Positions 48,048 to 58,275 of a stretch of 64,000 nt of DNA are shown in pieces. The DNA comes from Anaerolineae bacterium (GTDB lineage: Bacteria; Chloroflexota; Anaerolineae; UBA1429), in assembly GCA_963675785.1 (NCBI GenBank), contig OY776562.1, forward strand, positions 1,696,001 to 1,760,000. Reading direction: 5' to 3'. The notes below the pieces were generated by a model. The model worked only from the letters and a program-made list of their open reading frames with translations, had not been told where the DNA came from and did not search any database. Position 1 is the first letter of the stretch; each line of letters begins with the position of its first letter. Both the position numbers and the translations under genes were made by a program.

Positions 48048-50012
48048 ATGCGCCATGTATCTCGAAGAGAGTTCCTTCGCGTCTCTGCCCTAGTAAGCGC
48101 CAGTGCCGTTGCCGCAGCTTGCTCCAAGCCGACGGCGACACCCGAGCCAGCCGCTACGACTGTGCCCACTAGTGCTTCTGAGACTCAGCCGACAACTGCA
48201 GTAGTTGTCAGCCAGTACAGTCAGGCCCCTATGCTGGACGGCCTGGACTTGCCCGCCCTCGAAGATCGTCTACCCGAGAACCCCATCGTCATCGAGCCCT
48301 ATGAATCTATCGGCACCTATGGCGGCACGTGGAACATGGTGACCAACACCACGCCCACCAGCCATGCTTACGAATTGCTCTGCTATGAGCAGCTCTTGCG
48401 CATGTCAGCTGGAGGCACTCCCATCATCTCCAACCTCGCCGAGAGCTGGACGATGTCAGATGACGGCACAACCTTTACTTTCAATCTCATGAAGGGCGTC
48501 AAGTTCTCTGATGGAGAACCCTTTACCACTGCCGACATCCTCTTCTGGTTGGACGATGTGCACCTCAATACCGATCTGTATAGCTCATTCCCAAGCTGGC
48601 TCATTGTTGGTGGAGAGAAACCCACTGTGACCGCGGCGGACGACTATACGGTAACTTTCCAGTACTCGAACCCGGCGCCATTCTTTACTCTCCAAATCGC
48701 CTACCCCACCCATGAGACGTATCTACCCAAGCACTATATGGAGCAGTTCCATGCGGACTTTGCTGCACAGGCTGACCTAGATGCCCTGGTAGCAGCGCAA
48801 AGCTACAGCGCCTGGACGGACATGTTCCTGACCAAGTCGAACTGGGAATCCAACCAAGAACTGCCCATGCTTTTTGCCTGGCAGATGAAGGTTTACGCTG
48901 AAGACGGCTGCACCTGGGAGCGTAACCCCTACTACTACAAAGTCGATACCGAAGGCAATCAGTTGCCCTATATCGACAACATCCAGTCTCAAGTAGCGGC
49001 CGGTGTTGATGTGGCCCAGATGATGGCCTTCTCTGGAGAAGCCGAGCTTCAGACCTTCTCTGTAGGCCAGTTCCCAGCTGACACCATGATCCTCAAGCAG
49101 AACACCGAGATGGGCAACTATACCGTCGTTGATGCCCCCATCGGCGAAGCCAACGTGTGTAACTTTGGCTTTAACATGACCTATGAGGACGAAGCCCTGC
49201 GTACCCTCTTCCGCAACAAGGACTTTCGCATTGCTATGTCATACGCAGTCAACCGCGAAGACATTCGCCAACTCATTTATCTTGGCCAGCCGGTAGAGAT
49301 CCGCCAGTGCGCCCCGCTGCGTAAGAGCCCCTGGTATCATGAAGCTGCAGCGCAGAACTATGTCGAGTATGATGTAGACACAGCCAACGAGATGCTCGAT
49401 TCCATCGGACTGACCGAACGTGATGCAGACGGCTACCGCTTGCTGGATGGCCAGCCGCTTTCTATCGTCATCGAAATCATGTCCAAGCGCACCGACTTTA
49501 TTGATGCCATGGAGATGGTGGCCACAAACTGGCAAGAAGTGGGCGTAAACACCACTGCCAAGTCCACCGAGACCTCGCTCTACTCGGATAGAATGAATGG
49601 CAACCAGCTCATGGCCGGCGTCTACTATGCTGGCCCTGGCATCCAGACGCCGATAGACCCAAGCCGCGTGCTGCCCATAAGTGTAAGCAATGTTTGGGCA
49701 CCGCTTTGGGGCACCTGGCGAGCCACTGATGGCGCCTCTGGTGAAGAGCCGCCGGCGGAGGTTCTCAGACAGTTCGAGCTTTATGATGAGCTCGTGGTCA
49801 CCGTCGATGATGCTCGCGCCAAAGAACTCTGGGCTGAGTTGATGGACATCCAGGCCGAGAACATGTGGGCCTATGGTATCTGCGACCGAGCCAGCGTGCC
49901 CATCGTGGTTGCCAATAGTTTCCACAATGTTCCCGCAACAGGTTGGGACATCTCCTGGGAGGCAGGAAACATCGGTACTACCAATCCTTGCCAATACTGG
50001 AAAGAAGCCTAA
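48048..50012 (+). CDS. Family 5 ABC substrate-binding lipoprotein, Tat-exported
   Basis: SRREFL, AAAC lipobox, LP.LEDRLPENP, RNPYYYKVDTEGNQLPYID. Confidence 0.92.
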   Translation: MRHVSRREFLRVSALVSASAVAAACSKPTATPEPAATTVPTSASETQPTTAVVVSQYSQAPMLDGLDLPALEDRLPENPIVIEPYESIGTYGGTWNMVTNTTPTSHAYELLCYEQLLRMSAGGTPIISNLAESWTMSDDGTTFTFNLMKGVKFSDGEPFTTADILFWLDDVHLNTDLYSSFPSWLIVGGEKPTVTAADDYTVTFQYSNPAPFFTLQIAYPTHETYLPKHYMEQFHADFAAQADLDALVAAQSYSAWTDMFLTKSNWESNQELPMLFAWQMKVYAEDGCTWERNPYYYKVDTEGNQLPYIDNIQSQVAAGVDVAQMMAFSGEAELQTFSVGQFPADTMILKQNTEMGNYTVVDAPIGEANVCNFGFNMTYEDEALRTLFRNKDFRIAMSYAVNREDIRQLIYLGQPVEIRQCAPLRKSPWYHEAAAQNYVEYDVDTANEMLDSIGLTERDADGYRLLDGQPLSIVIEIMSKRTDFIDAMEMVATNWQEVGVNTTAKSTETSLYSDRMNGNQLMAGVYYAGPGIQTPIDPSRVLPISVSNVWAPLWGTWRATDGASGEEPPAEVLRQFELYDELVVTVDDARAKELWAELMDIQAENMWAYGICDRASVPIVVANSFHNVPATGWDISWEAGNIGTTNPCQYWKEA

Positions 50013-50030
50013 CAACGGGGTAACGGCTTT

Positions 50031-50059
50031 GGGGTTCTCGCCTATATGGCGAGAACCCC
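50031..50059 (+). other. Intercistronic hairpin after the SBP gene (probable mRNA stabiliser)
   Basis: ggggttctcgcc-tatat-ggcgagaacccc without a U-tract. Confidence 0.65.
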
Positions 50060-50089
50060 TCTATGAAACGACCCAAGGGGTAGGTTCGA

Positions 50090-51073
50090 ATGCTCAAATT
50101 CGCACTACGGCGACTTTTAATCATGATCCCCACAGTAATCGCCATCGCCATCGTTAGTTTCATTCTCATCCAGCTTCCGCCTGGCGATTTTTTGACTGCC
50201 TACGTTGCTGGCTTGCAGGCTCAAGGCGAATATCCCGAAGAGGATGAGATTGCCGCCCTTGAAGTACGCTACGGCCTGGACCAGCCGGGGTATGTCCAGT
50301 TCTTTCGCTGGGTTGAAGGCATGTTCCATGGCGATTTTGGCATGTCTTTTCGGTGGAATAAACCCGTGGGTGAACTCATCGGTGACCGCATCGCTATCAC
50401 CGCGCTTATCGCTTTTTCGTCGATGATCATCACCTACCTGATTGCTTTGCCTGTAGGTGTATATTCCGCAACACATCAATACTCTTGGCTTGACTACATC
50501 ATGACCTTCATCAGCTTTGTTGGACGCGGCATCCCCGCGTTCATGCTGGCGCTCATCCTGATGTGGTTTACGCTGTCGCAATTCGGCGTCAGTGCAGGCG
50601 GGCTATTCAGTTTAGAATACCGTCAAGCCGATTGGAGCTGGGCCAAAGTCGTTGATATGATGCAACATATTTGGGTTCCCCTACTTGTCCTCAGTGTCGG
50701 GTCGACTGCCGGAATGATTCGCATCATGCGCGCTAACCTACTGGATGAACTGCGCAAACCGTATGTTGAGACAGCACGCGCCAAGGGTGTCAAAGAGAAC
50801 AAACTAATCTGGAAATATCCGGTGCGCATGGCCCTCAATCCTTTTGTGAGCAGCGTCGGTTATCAGCTCCCGCAAATCATCTCGGGGGCAACCATCGTCT
50901 CGGTTGTGCTGAGTCTACCAACCACCGGTCCCCTGCTGCTGGATTCGCTACTCAGCCAGGATATGTATTTGGCCGGAAGCATGTTGCTTTTGCTCGGCAT
51001 TCTCACCGTGATCGGCACCTTTATCTCGGATATTCTGCTTGCCATCGTCGATCCGCGTATTCGCCTGTCCTAG
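50090..51073 (+). CDS. ABC transporter permease, DppB/OppB family
   Basis: LPPGDF, GDFG.SF, YVETARAKG, DPRIR. Confidence 0.93.
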   Translation: MLKFALRRLLIMIPTVIAIAIVSFILIQLPPGDFLTAYVAGLQAQGEYPEEDEIAALEVRYGLDQPGYVQFFRWVEGMFHGDFGMSFRWNKPVGELIGDRIAITALIAFSSMIITYLIALPVGVYSATHQYSWLDYIMTFISFVGRGIPAFMLALILMWFTLSQFGVSAGGLFSLEYRQADWSWAKVVDMMQHIWVPLLVLSVGSTAGMIRIMRANLLDELRKPYVETARAKGVKENKLIWKYPVRMALNPFVSSVGYQLPQIISGATIVSVVLSLPTTGPLLLDSLLSQDMYLAGSMLLLLGILTVIGTFISDILLAIVDPRIRLS

Positions 51074-51087
51074 AAGGGAGACTGGCT

Positions 51088-52221
51088 GTGGCTGAAGAAA
51101 ACCAACCGGCTGGTCACCCGACCACCGCAACCGAAGAAGATGCTATTTTTGTAGCATCTCAATGGCAATTGATTCGCTGGCGCTTTAAAAAGCACAAAGC
51201 TGCCGTCATCAGCAGCATCATTATTCTCCTTTTGGCTCTATTGGGTATCTTTTGTGAATTTCTCTCGCCTGCTGATCCGCTCGAGTACAGCACGGTCTAC
51301 ATGTTTGCACCACCGCAAAGCATTCATATTTTTCGCGATGGCCAGCTTGTAACGCCGTACGTCCTCGGCTGGCAGAGCTACAGAGATCCAGATACGCTGC
51401 TACTGACATACAAAGTTGATCCTGAACAGATCTATGACATCAAGTTCTTTGTGCAGGGAAGCACCTACAAGATGTGGGGACTGTGGGAATCGAATACCCA
51501 TTTTATGGGTGTGGAAGATGCAGACGCACCTTTCCATCTGCTCGGTGCAGACCGCAAAGGACGCGATGTTCTCTCACGCTGCTTGTATGGCACTCGCATC
51601 AGCATGTCAGTCGGTTTGGTTGGCGTATTCATGAGTCTTATCTTGGGCATCCTCATTGGCGGTATATCGGGCTACTATGGCGGCGTGGCAGACATGATCA
51701 TTCAGCGCCTTATCGAGTTCCTGCGCTCCATGCCCCCCATCCCCCTGTGGATGGCCCTGTCAGCAGCTCTACCTGCTGATTGGCCAGTCATCAAGGTGTA
51801 TTTTGGTATCACCATTCTGCTCTCGCTCATCAGCTGGACTGATCTGGCCCGCGTAGTTCGCGGCCGATTCTTGGCGCTTAAAAGTGAAGACTTTGTCATG
51901 GCCGCCAAGCTATCAGGGGCTGGAGATATGCGCATCATCGTACGGCATATGGTCCCTTCATTCACCAGCCATATCATTGCATCACTGACCCTATCCATCC
52001 CGAATATGATCCTCAGTGAAACAAGCCTTTCATTCCTGGGACTTGGCCTAAGGGCGCCTGCCGTAAGCTGGGGCGTGTTGCTCCAAGAAGCCCAGAATAC
52101 CCAGACTGTGGTGCTGGCACCATGGCTTTTCTACCCGGCCGTGTTTGTAATTGTGGCCGTGCTTGCTTTCAACTTTATGGGCGACGGGCTAAGAGATGCC
52201 GCCGATCCTTATTCGCGATAA
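51088..52221 (+). CDS. ABC transporter permease, DppC/OppC family
   Basis: LGAD..GRD, FV.AA.L.GA, ETSLSFLGLG, GDGLRDAADP. Confidence 0.93.
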   Translation: MAEENQPAGHPTTATEEDAIFVASQWQLIRWRFKKHKAAVISSIIILLLALLGIFCEFLSPADPLEYSTVYMFAPPQSIHIFRDGQLVTPYVLGWQSYRDPDTLLLTYKVDPEQIYDIKFFVQGSTYKMWGLWESNTHFMGVEDADAPFHLLGADRKGRDVLSRCLYGTRISMSVGLVGVFMSLILGILIGGISGYYGGVADMIIQRLIEFLRSMPPIPLWMALSAALPADWPVIKVYFGITILLSLISWTDLARVVRGRFLALKSEDFVMAAKLSGAGDMRIIVRHMVPSFTSHIIASLTLSIPNMILSETSLSFLGLGLRAPAVSWGVLLQEAQNTQTVVLAPWLFYPAVFVIVAVLAFNFMGDGLRDAADPYSR

Positions 52222-52239
52222 CGTACCGGAGGAGAGATA

Positions 52240-54216
52240 ATGCGCGTATTGGCACATGAGGATTTTTCGGACATTCCTGTTGGAAACATTAGCCTCTATC
52301 CCTACAGCCCCGATGGTGAATACCACATCATCCCCAAACCCTTTGCCGGTAACTGGGAAGAAGCCACCATCCAGGGCAGTTGGCGACCCGGCAACGGCTG
52401 CTGGTTGATCACTCCTGAAGATGGTCGCCACACCCTTGAGCAGAGTTTTTACTGCGAGCGCGAAACCCCCTTGATGGTTTCAGGCTCTCGTTTTTGGGAT
52501 AACTATACGCTTTCAGCAGATGTGCGCCCTCTGGGCTGGCACCGCCCCATAGGGTTGGTGTTCCGCTATCAAAACAGCCGCTGCTACTATCTCTTTGCCC
52601 TCTACAGGGATCATGTATCCCTCATCAAGCGAGAACACCCCGAAACACGGCCCACCTGGGGAGGCCCCGCTGCACTCAAAGAGACCATCCTCGCCAGCGC
52701 ACCTTGGACAGGTACCGTCGACAGATACGTTCGCGTCGAGGTGAATTGCTTTGGCAACAAAGTCAGCGGCTCGATTGACGGCCAGCTCCTAGTTTCGATC
52801 GAGGATGACGCCTTTAGTAAAGGCCGCATCGGCTGTCTGGCCGAAAGCCAAGCCCGCTTTGCTGAGATCAAGGTGACTACCGACGAGACCAGCTATACAC
52901 GCATTGCCGCGGCTGAGGCTGCCTGGGAAGCTGACGAAAAGGCCGCTCAGGCCAAATGGCCGCAGCCCATCGCCTGGAAACGTCTCTCCACCGCGGGCTT
53001 TGGCACCGACCGCAACCTGCGCTGGGGCGATCTCGATGGCGACGGCGAACTAGAAGTCATAGTGCCGCAGGCTTTGGCCCACGACCGTGGTGATGGCCAT
53101 CCCATGATTGTTTGCGTAACGGCACTCAAACAGGATGGTACCATCCTCTGGCGTGTTGGTGAGCCTATCGACCCTTCCGTAGGCGATCCTCACCACATGA
53201 CCGGCGATATCTGCATTCAGGTGCACGATTGGACCGGCGACGGCCGTGCCGAAGTCGTCTATTGCCGCGATTTCAAACTGCAAGTGTTGGACGGACGCAC
53301 TGGGCAGGTGATTCAGCAGGTGCTCACACCTGAATACACCGACTATGAAGACCCTTACACGCGCTGCTTTGGCGATTCCATCTTTTTCTGTGACCTGCAG
53401 GGTGCTGGCCGCAAAGCCAATCTGCTGCTCAAAGACCGCTATGATACCGTTTGGGCTTATGATAACGACTTGAACGTATTGTGGATGCACCACCTCAAAA
53501 CCGGCCACTACCCCATGTCCTGTGATGTAGACGGTGATGGCAAAGATGAGGTGTTCATCGGCTATTCGTTAGTGGATAACGACGGCACTATTCTCTGGAG
53601 CTTGGACAACACAATTTCGGATCACATGGACGGCGTCTTTATCGGACGGCTGGCCGGCCCCGATAGTCCTGTTCGCATCATCATGGGCTGCTCTGATGAA
53701 GGCTATGTGATGCTCGATGCCCAGGGAAACATTCTCAAGCGTCATTTCCACGGGCACTGCCAAGGCGCAACCATCGGCCGCTTCCAAGAGGGCTCTGACG
53801 AGCTGCAGATTGCAGCAGTCACATTTTGGCACGAGCCGGGCATCATTACCTTCTATGACATCAACGGCAACACCATCAACCAGTTCGAGCCATTGCACAT
53901 CGGCTCTATCATGCCTCCGCTGGATTGGGGCGGCACCGGCACGGCGCTGGTACTGCACAACACCGATCCAGAGATCGGCGGCATGTTTGATATCAACGGA
54001 CACTGGGCCGTGCGCTTTCCTGATGATGGGCATCCGACGCTCTGTTATGATGCCCTGGATGTCGATGGCGATGGTCGCCAGGAGATCGTAAGCTGGGATT
54101 TCAACAGCATTTGGATTTACAAGGCTGATCCCACAGCCGTTGTGGGCGAACCCAAGGCTTATGACACAACGTCGCTGTATAACAACTCTAACTATCGCGG
54201 ACGCTGGTTAATCTAG
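52240..54216 (+). CDS. Lectin-like (DUF1080-like) N-terminal domain fused to a PL11 rhamnogalacturonan lyase-like beta-propeller
   Basis: W.NYTLSADV..GLVFRYQ..YY..G.IG N-terminal domain; GDLDGDGELE, VHDWTGDGRAEV, KDRY..WAYD, GHYP..DVDGDGKDE; no signal peptide seen. Confidence 0.65.
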   Translation: MRVLAHEDFSDIPVGNISLYPYSPDGEYHIIPKPFAGNWEEATIQGSWRPGNGCWLITPEDGRHTLEQSFYCERETPLMVSGSRFWDNYTLSADVRPLGWHRPIGLVFRYQNSRCYYLFALYRDHVSLIKREHPETRPTWGGPAALKETILASAPWTGTVDRYVRVEVNCFGNKVSGSIDGQLLVSIEDDAFSKGRIGCLAESQARFAEIKVTTDETSYTRIAAAEAAWEADEKAAQAKWPQPIAWKRLSTAGFGTDRNLRWGDLDGDGELEVIVPQALAHDRGDGHPMIVCVTALKQDGTILWRVGEPIDPSVGDPHHMTGDICIQVHDWTGDGRAEVVYCRDFKLQVLDGRTGQVIQQVLTPEYTDYEDPYTRCFGDSIFFCDLQGAGRKANLLLKDRYDTVWAYDNDLNVLWMHHLKTGHYPMSCDVDGDGKDEVFIGYSLVDNDGTILWSLDNTISDHMDGVFIGRLAGPDSPVRIIMGCSDEGYVMLDAQGNILKRHFHGHCQGATIGRFQEGSDELQIAAVTFWHEPGIITFYDINGNTINQFEPLHIGSIMPPLDWGGTGTALVLHNTDPEIGGMFDINGHWAVRFPDDGHPTLCYDALDVDGDGRQEIVSWDFNSIWIYKADPTAVVGEPKAYDTTSLYNNSNYRGRWLI

Positions 54217-54240
54217 CGGGAGACGCATCCTCCAACGCAA

Positions 54241-54276
54241 CAAGAGCTGCCCCCAATTGGGCAGCTCTTGTCGTTT
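54241..54276 (+). terminator. Probable terminator
   Basis: caagagctgccc-ccaatt-gggcagctcttg followed by tcgttt. Confidence 0.7.
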
Positions 54277-54378
54277 CCTCGTACTGAAAGCGGTTGCACC
54301 TCCCCATAAAGACGCCTAGAATGCCTTTCACGTTGCTGCGCCCGCAGGGAGGGGCGCACAGACTGTGGAGGATATTGT

Positions 54379-55725
54379 TTGACCGGCAGCCTGTATGCCA
54401 GGGGGCAACATGCCTGGCGGCGAGTTTCTCGCCTTTGGTTCTACCCGACCGATGGCACCTCCCCGGATCAGCGCAAGGGTATGCGCATGATCTGGTGGGA
54501 TGGGATTCTGGCGTCCACCTCGGACTCTGTGCGTAACGAGTTCATCGTCATGTTTTTGCTGGCACTTGGCGCCTCTGAAACACTCATTGGCCTGCGATCT
54601 TCTATCAACAGCGTGGCGGCTTTGATTGCCCCCCTGCTGGGTGCCTGGTTGGTAACCCGCACGGGTAAACGTAAACTTTGGGTACTGCTGAGCGGTGGTG
54701 GCCTGGCCAGGTTATGCATCCTTACCATGGCCTTCATTCCCCTTTTTGCCAGTGGGGATAATGCAGTCTATTTATTCCTCGGATTATTTGCAGTGCAGGC
54801 CTTTGCCGGCGCTTTGGCCTTGCCCCCCTGGAACTCTCTCCTGGGTGATGTTTGCCCCCTACCGGTGCGCGGTCGCTACCTCGGCTCGAAGATGATGTTT
54901 AACAACATTGCTATAGTGGCAGCTTTGCCTCTGGCTGGTTTGCTGCTCGGAGCAATCGACGGCGTCAAAGGATTTCAAACTCTCTGGTTCATCTCTGCGC
55001 TTCTGGGCTTTGCAGCCACAGCCATGTACGCCCAGGTACCCGAGCCTGAAGCAGCCGAGGCATCCAAGGGCAAACAAGCCGGCCTCAAAACCGCCTGGCG
55101 TGTCTTTTTGCGCGACAGGAACTATATGTGGTTCTGCGCCGTCCATTTCGCCTGGAATCTGGGCATTCAGCTATCAGCGCCCTACTTTGCAGTGCACATG
55201 GTGCAAACGCTCCACTTTACCGCCAAAGATGTGGCCTTGCTCTCCACCGTAGCCACTGTGGTCAATATCTTTGCGCTACGCATAGCCGGAGAACTGGTAG
55301 ATCGCAAAGGGGCTCCCATCATCAACGCCATCAGCATGTTACTGGTGCCACTCATGCCCCTGCTGTGGATTCCCGCCCAGAGTGTAGTTGCCCTCATGCT
55401 CGTCCGTTGCTACGGGTCCATCGCCTGGTCAGGTTCGCGTGTGGCAGATACGCCCCTTTTGCTCATGCTCGCCCCCGACGAGTACCGTTCTGAATATGTG
55501 GCCATCCGTAACACCATCAACCGTGTATCCATGATCGTTGGCCCCATTTTTGCTGCCTGGGTGTATGTGCAATACGGCTTTACCACCAACTTGTGGGCCT
55601 CGGCAGTGCTGCGCATGGCTGGCGGCCTGATATTCCTGAGCATGCTGTTGCGCGGCGTGTTCAAGGACAAAGACACGCTCAGCGCTGGGAGGCATTCTGC
55701 CCGCGCCAGACGAGCGCATTTCTAG
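54379..55725 (+). CDS. MFS transporter (paralog 1)
   Basis: About 12 TM segments; PPWNSLLGD..P...RGRYLG; GELVDRKG. Confidence 0.85.
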   Translation: MTGSLYARGQHAWRRVSRLWFYPTDGTSPDQRKGMRMIWWDGILASTSDSVRNEFIVMFLLALGASETLIGLRSSINSVAALIAPLLGAWLVTRTGKRKLWVLLSGGGLARLCILTMAFIPLFASGDNAVYLFLGLFAVQAFAGALALPPWNSLLGDVCPLPVRGRYLGSKMMFNNIAIVAALPLAGLLLGAIDGVKGFQTLWFISALLGFAATAMYAQVPEPEAAEASKGKQAGLKTAWRVFLRDRNYMWFCAVHFAWNLGIQLSAPYFAVHMVQTLHFTAKDVALLSTVATVVNIFALRIAGELVDRKGAPIINAISMLLVPLMPLLWIPAQSVVALMLVRCYGSIAWSGSRVADTPLLLMLAPDEYRSEYVAIRNTINRVSMIVGPIFAAWVYVQYGFTTNLWASAVLRMAGGLIFLSMLLRGVFKDKDTLSAGRHSARARRAHF

Positions 55726-55838
55726 TTTTCCCCAAGGCGCCTTTTAGATATGTAGCAAGTACAGTTGCAGTCAGCATCCACTCTTCTTAGAATGGTCTGA
55801 CTGTATCGTTTTCTCAAGCACTGAACAGAGGTGATTTC

Positions 55839-57188
55839 TTGAGCAGCGTATCACGCAGCTTGAAGCGCGCCTGGGTGCAGTTGACGCGCCTCTGGCTATA
55901 CCCAACGACAGGCACTAATGAAAGCCAACGCAAGGCCCTGAACCTGGTCTGGTGGGACGGTGTACTCTCCACGGCCTCGGTTGCTTTTATCAACGATTTT
56001 GTGCCCATCTACATGATGGCTCTGGGAGCCTCTAGCACACTGATTGGCCTGCGCTCCTCGGTAAACAGTGCGGTCGCCCTCATTGCCCCCATGCTCGGTG
56101 CACTTTTTGTGGCACGCACGGGCAAGCGCAAACTCTGGGTATTATTGGGGGGAGGCGGACTCGGACGCATCGCCCTCATCCTCATGGCACTCATTCCTTT
56201 TGTGGCAAACGGCGAAACAGCAGTCTATCTCTTTCTAGGACTGTTTGCCCTCAAGGCTTTTGCCGATGCCTTTACCGGCCCCCCCTGGAACTCGTTACTT
56301 GGCGATATTTGCCCAATGCCCATCCGAGGGCGTTTTCTCGGCTCGCGTATGGTGGCCAACAACATCGCCACCGTCATGGTCATCCCTCTCGCCGGTTGGC
56401 TCATTGGTAAAATCGGCGGCCTGGAAGGATACCAGACCGTCTGGCTAATCGCTGCCCTTGTGGGCTTTGGTGCCACTATAACCTATGCCGGAGTTCCCGA
56501 ACCCAAGGCTGCCGAAGCAGGGCAACATCGCAAGGGCAGTAACCTCAAGGCCGCCTGGCGAATTGTCTCGCACGACAAGAACTATCTCTGGTTCTGTGCA
56601 ACCCATTTCATCTGGAATATTGGCATCCAGATCGGCGCACCCTATTTTACAGTACACATGGTTCAAGATTTGGGGTTCAGCGTCGAAAACATCGCCATGC
56701 TCTCCACCATCGCTACAGTGGTCAATATTCTCGCGTTGCGCGTAGCTGGTGAACTGGTAGACAAAAAGGGCGCACCGTTGGTGGCTGCTGTCAGCATGCT
56801 GGTGGTGCCGCTCCTGCCCTTCCTTTGGATTTTTCCAAAGGGGCTGCTGGGGGTTGGTCTGGTGCAAGCCTATGGGGCCCTGGCCTGGTCGGGGTTCCGC
56901 GTGGCCGATGCCCCCATCATCCTCATGTTGGCGCCTGATGCTTACCGTTCTGACTATGTGGCTATTCGCACCACGACCGACCAATTGGGCACGATTATCG
57001 GACCCATTATCGCCGCATTGCTCTACTCGCAATACGGTTTTACAGCAAACATGATTGGCTCTGGCACCTTGCGTGCGGCCGGGGCGCTAATGTTCCTTTC
57101 TCTATTGCTGCGCGGTGTATTCAAAGACAAAGACGATAGCGGCGCCAGGCTCGGCCGCCGCGCTGCCCGCCTGCGGCGTGCACACTAG
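55839..57188 (+). CDS. MFS transporter (paralog 2)
   Basis: Collinear paralog of the preceding gene. Confidence 0.85.
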   Translation: MSSVSRSLKRAWVQLTRLWLYPTTGTNESQRKALNLVWWDGVLSTASVAFINDFVPIYMMALGASSTLIGLRSSVNSAVALIAPMLGALFVARTGKRKLWVLLGGGGLGRIALILMALIPFVANGETAVYLFLGLFALKAFADAFTGPPWNSLLGDICPMPIRGRFLGSRMVANNIATVMVIPLAGWLIGKIGGLEGYQTVWLIAALVGFGATITYAGVPEPKAAEAGQHRKGSNLKAAWRIVSHDKNYLWFCATHFIWNIGIQIGAPYFTVHMVQDLGFSVENIAMLSTIATVVNILALRVAGELVDKKGAPLVAAVSMLVVPLLPFLWIFPKGLLGVGLVQAYGALAWSGFRVADAPIILMLAPDAYRSDYVAIRTTTDQLGTIIGPIIAALLYSQYGFTANMIGSGTLRAAGALMFLSLLLRGVFKDKDDSGARLGRRAARLRRAH

Positions 57189-57239
57189 TGGTTTCTTGGC
57201 CATCCTCCGTGGAGGCCGTTGCATAAAATGGAGGCTACC

Positions 57240-58211
57240 GTGACGTTTTTTGACATGCCCCTGGAAGAGCTCCAAAAGTATTATCCCGAACGAGACGAAC
57301 CAGCCGACTTTGATGCTTTTTGGCAAGAGACCCTTGCCGAGGCTCAAAGCGTGCCCCTCAACGCTCGCTTTGAGCCAGTCGATTACGGCCTCAAAACAGT
57401 CGAGGCCTACGACGTAACCTATAACGGTTATGCCGGGCAGCCCGTCAAAGGCTGGTTCCTCATACCGGCTCAGCGCGAAGGCAAACTTCCCTGCGTGGTG
57501 CACTATATCGGCTATTCCGGCGGACGGGGCTTTCCTACCGACTGGCTGGTGTGGCCCAGCATGGGCTATGCACTACTGGTAATGGACACTCGCGGCCAGG
57601 GCAGCCGTAATTCACCCGCCGCCACCCCCGATGTGCCCATTCACGGTACCAGCCCCCATGTGGCTGGCTTTATGACCCAGGGCATCCTCCATCCGCAAAC
57701 ATATTACTATCGCCGCGTATTCACCGACGCTGTTCGCGCTGTAGAAGCAGCACGTAGCCATCCCGCGGTGGATGCTGAACGCATCGTTGCTGCTGGCGGC
57801 AGTCAGGGCGGAGGCATCACGCTGGCCGTAGCAGGCCTGGTGCCCGATCTGGCCGCGGCTATGCCCGATGTGCCCTTCCTTTGCCACTATCCGCGAGCCA
57901 TTCATATCTCGGATGCGGCTCCTTACAGCGAAATCACCAGCTATTGCCAGTGTTACCGCGACTATGCCGAGCAAGCCATGGCCACACTGCGCTATTTTGA
58001 TGGCGTCAACCTGGCCACACGTGCCAAGGCCAAGGCACTGTTCTCGACGGGCTTGATGGACAACACCTGCCCACCTTCCACCGTCTATGCTGCCTACAAC
58101 TATTATGGCGGTGAAAAGGATATTCGCGTCTGGAAGTACAACCGCCACGAAGGCGGCGGCCCTTTCCAATTGCGTGAACAGGTAGCATTCCTCAAGGAAC
58201 TTTGGGGCTAA
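57240..58211 (+). CDS. CE7 acetylxylan esterase / cephalosporin C deacetylase
   Basis: [28 protein letters not shown]. Confidence 0.92.
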   Translation: MTFFDMPLEELQKYYPERDEPADFDAFWQETLAEAQSVPLNARFEPVDYGLKTVEAYDVTYNGYAGQPVKGWFLIPAQREGKLPCVVHYIGYSGGRGFPTDWLVWPSMGYALLVMDTRGQGSRNSPAATPDVPIHGTSPHVAGFMTQGILHPQTYYYRRVFTDAVRAVEAARSHPAVDAERIVAAGGSQGGGITLAVAGLVPDLAAAMPDVPFLCHYPRAIHISDAAPYSEITSYCQCYRDYAEQAMATLRYFDGVNLATRAKAKALFSTGLMDNTCPPSTVYAAYNYYGGEKDIRVWKYNRHEGGGPFQLREQVAFLKELWG

Positions 58212-58224
58212 CAGCACGTCCAAC

Positions 58225-58261
58225 AAAAAGAGAGCGGGGCCAAATTGGCTCCGCTCTCTTT
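58225..58261. terminator. Bidirectional terminator
   Basis: aaaaagagagcggggcca-aat-tggctccgctctcttt. Confidence 0.8.
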
Positions 58262-58275
58262 CGTTATGCCAGATA

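Noticed and set aside
49239-50015. Long antisense ORFs (also 9648-10250, 34601-35233, 57612-58445, 61762-62433, 62729-63388)
   Set aside because: They lie opposite well-supported genes and are explained by codon bias; no motifs or RBS.
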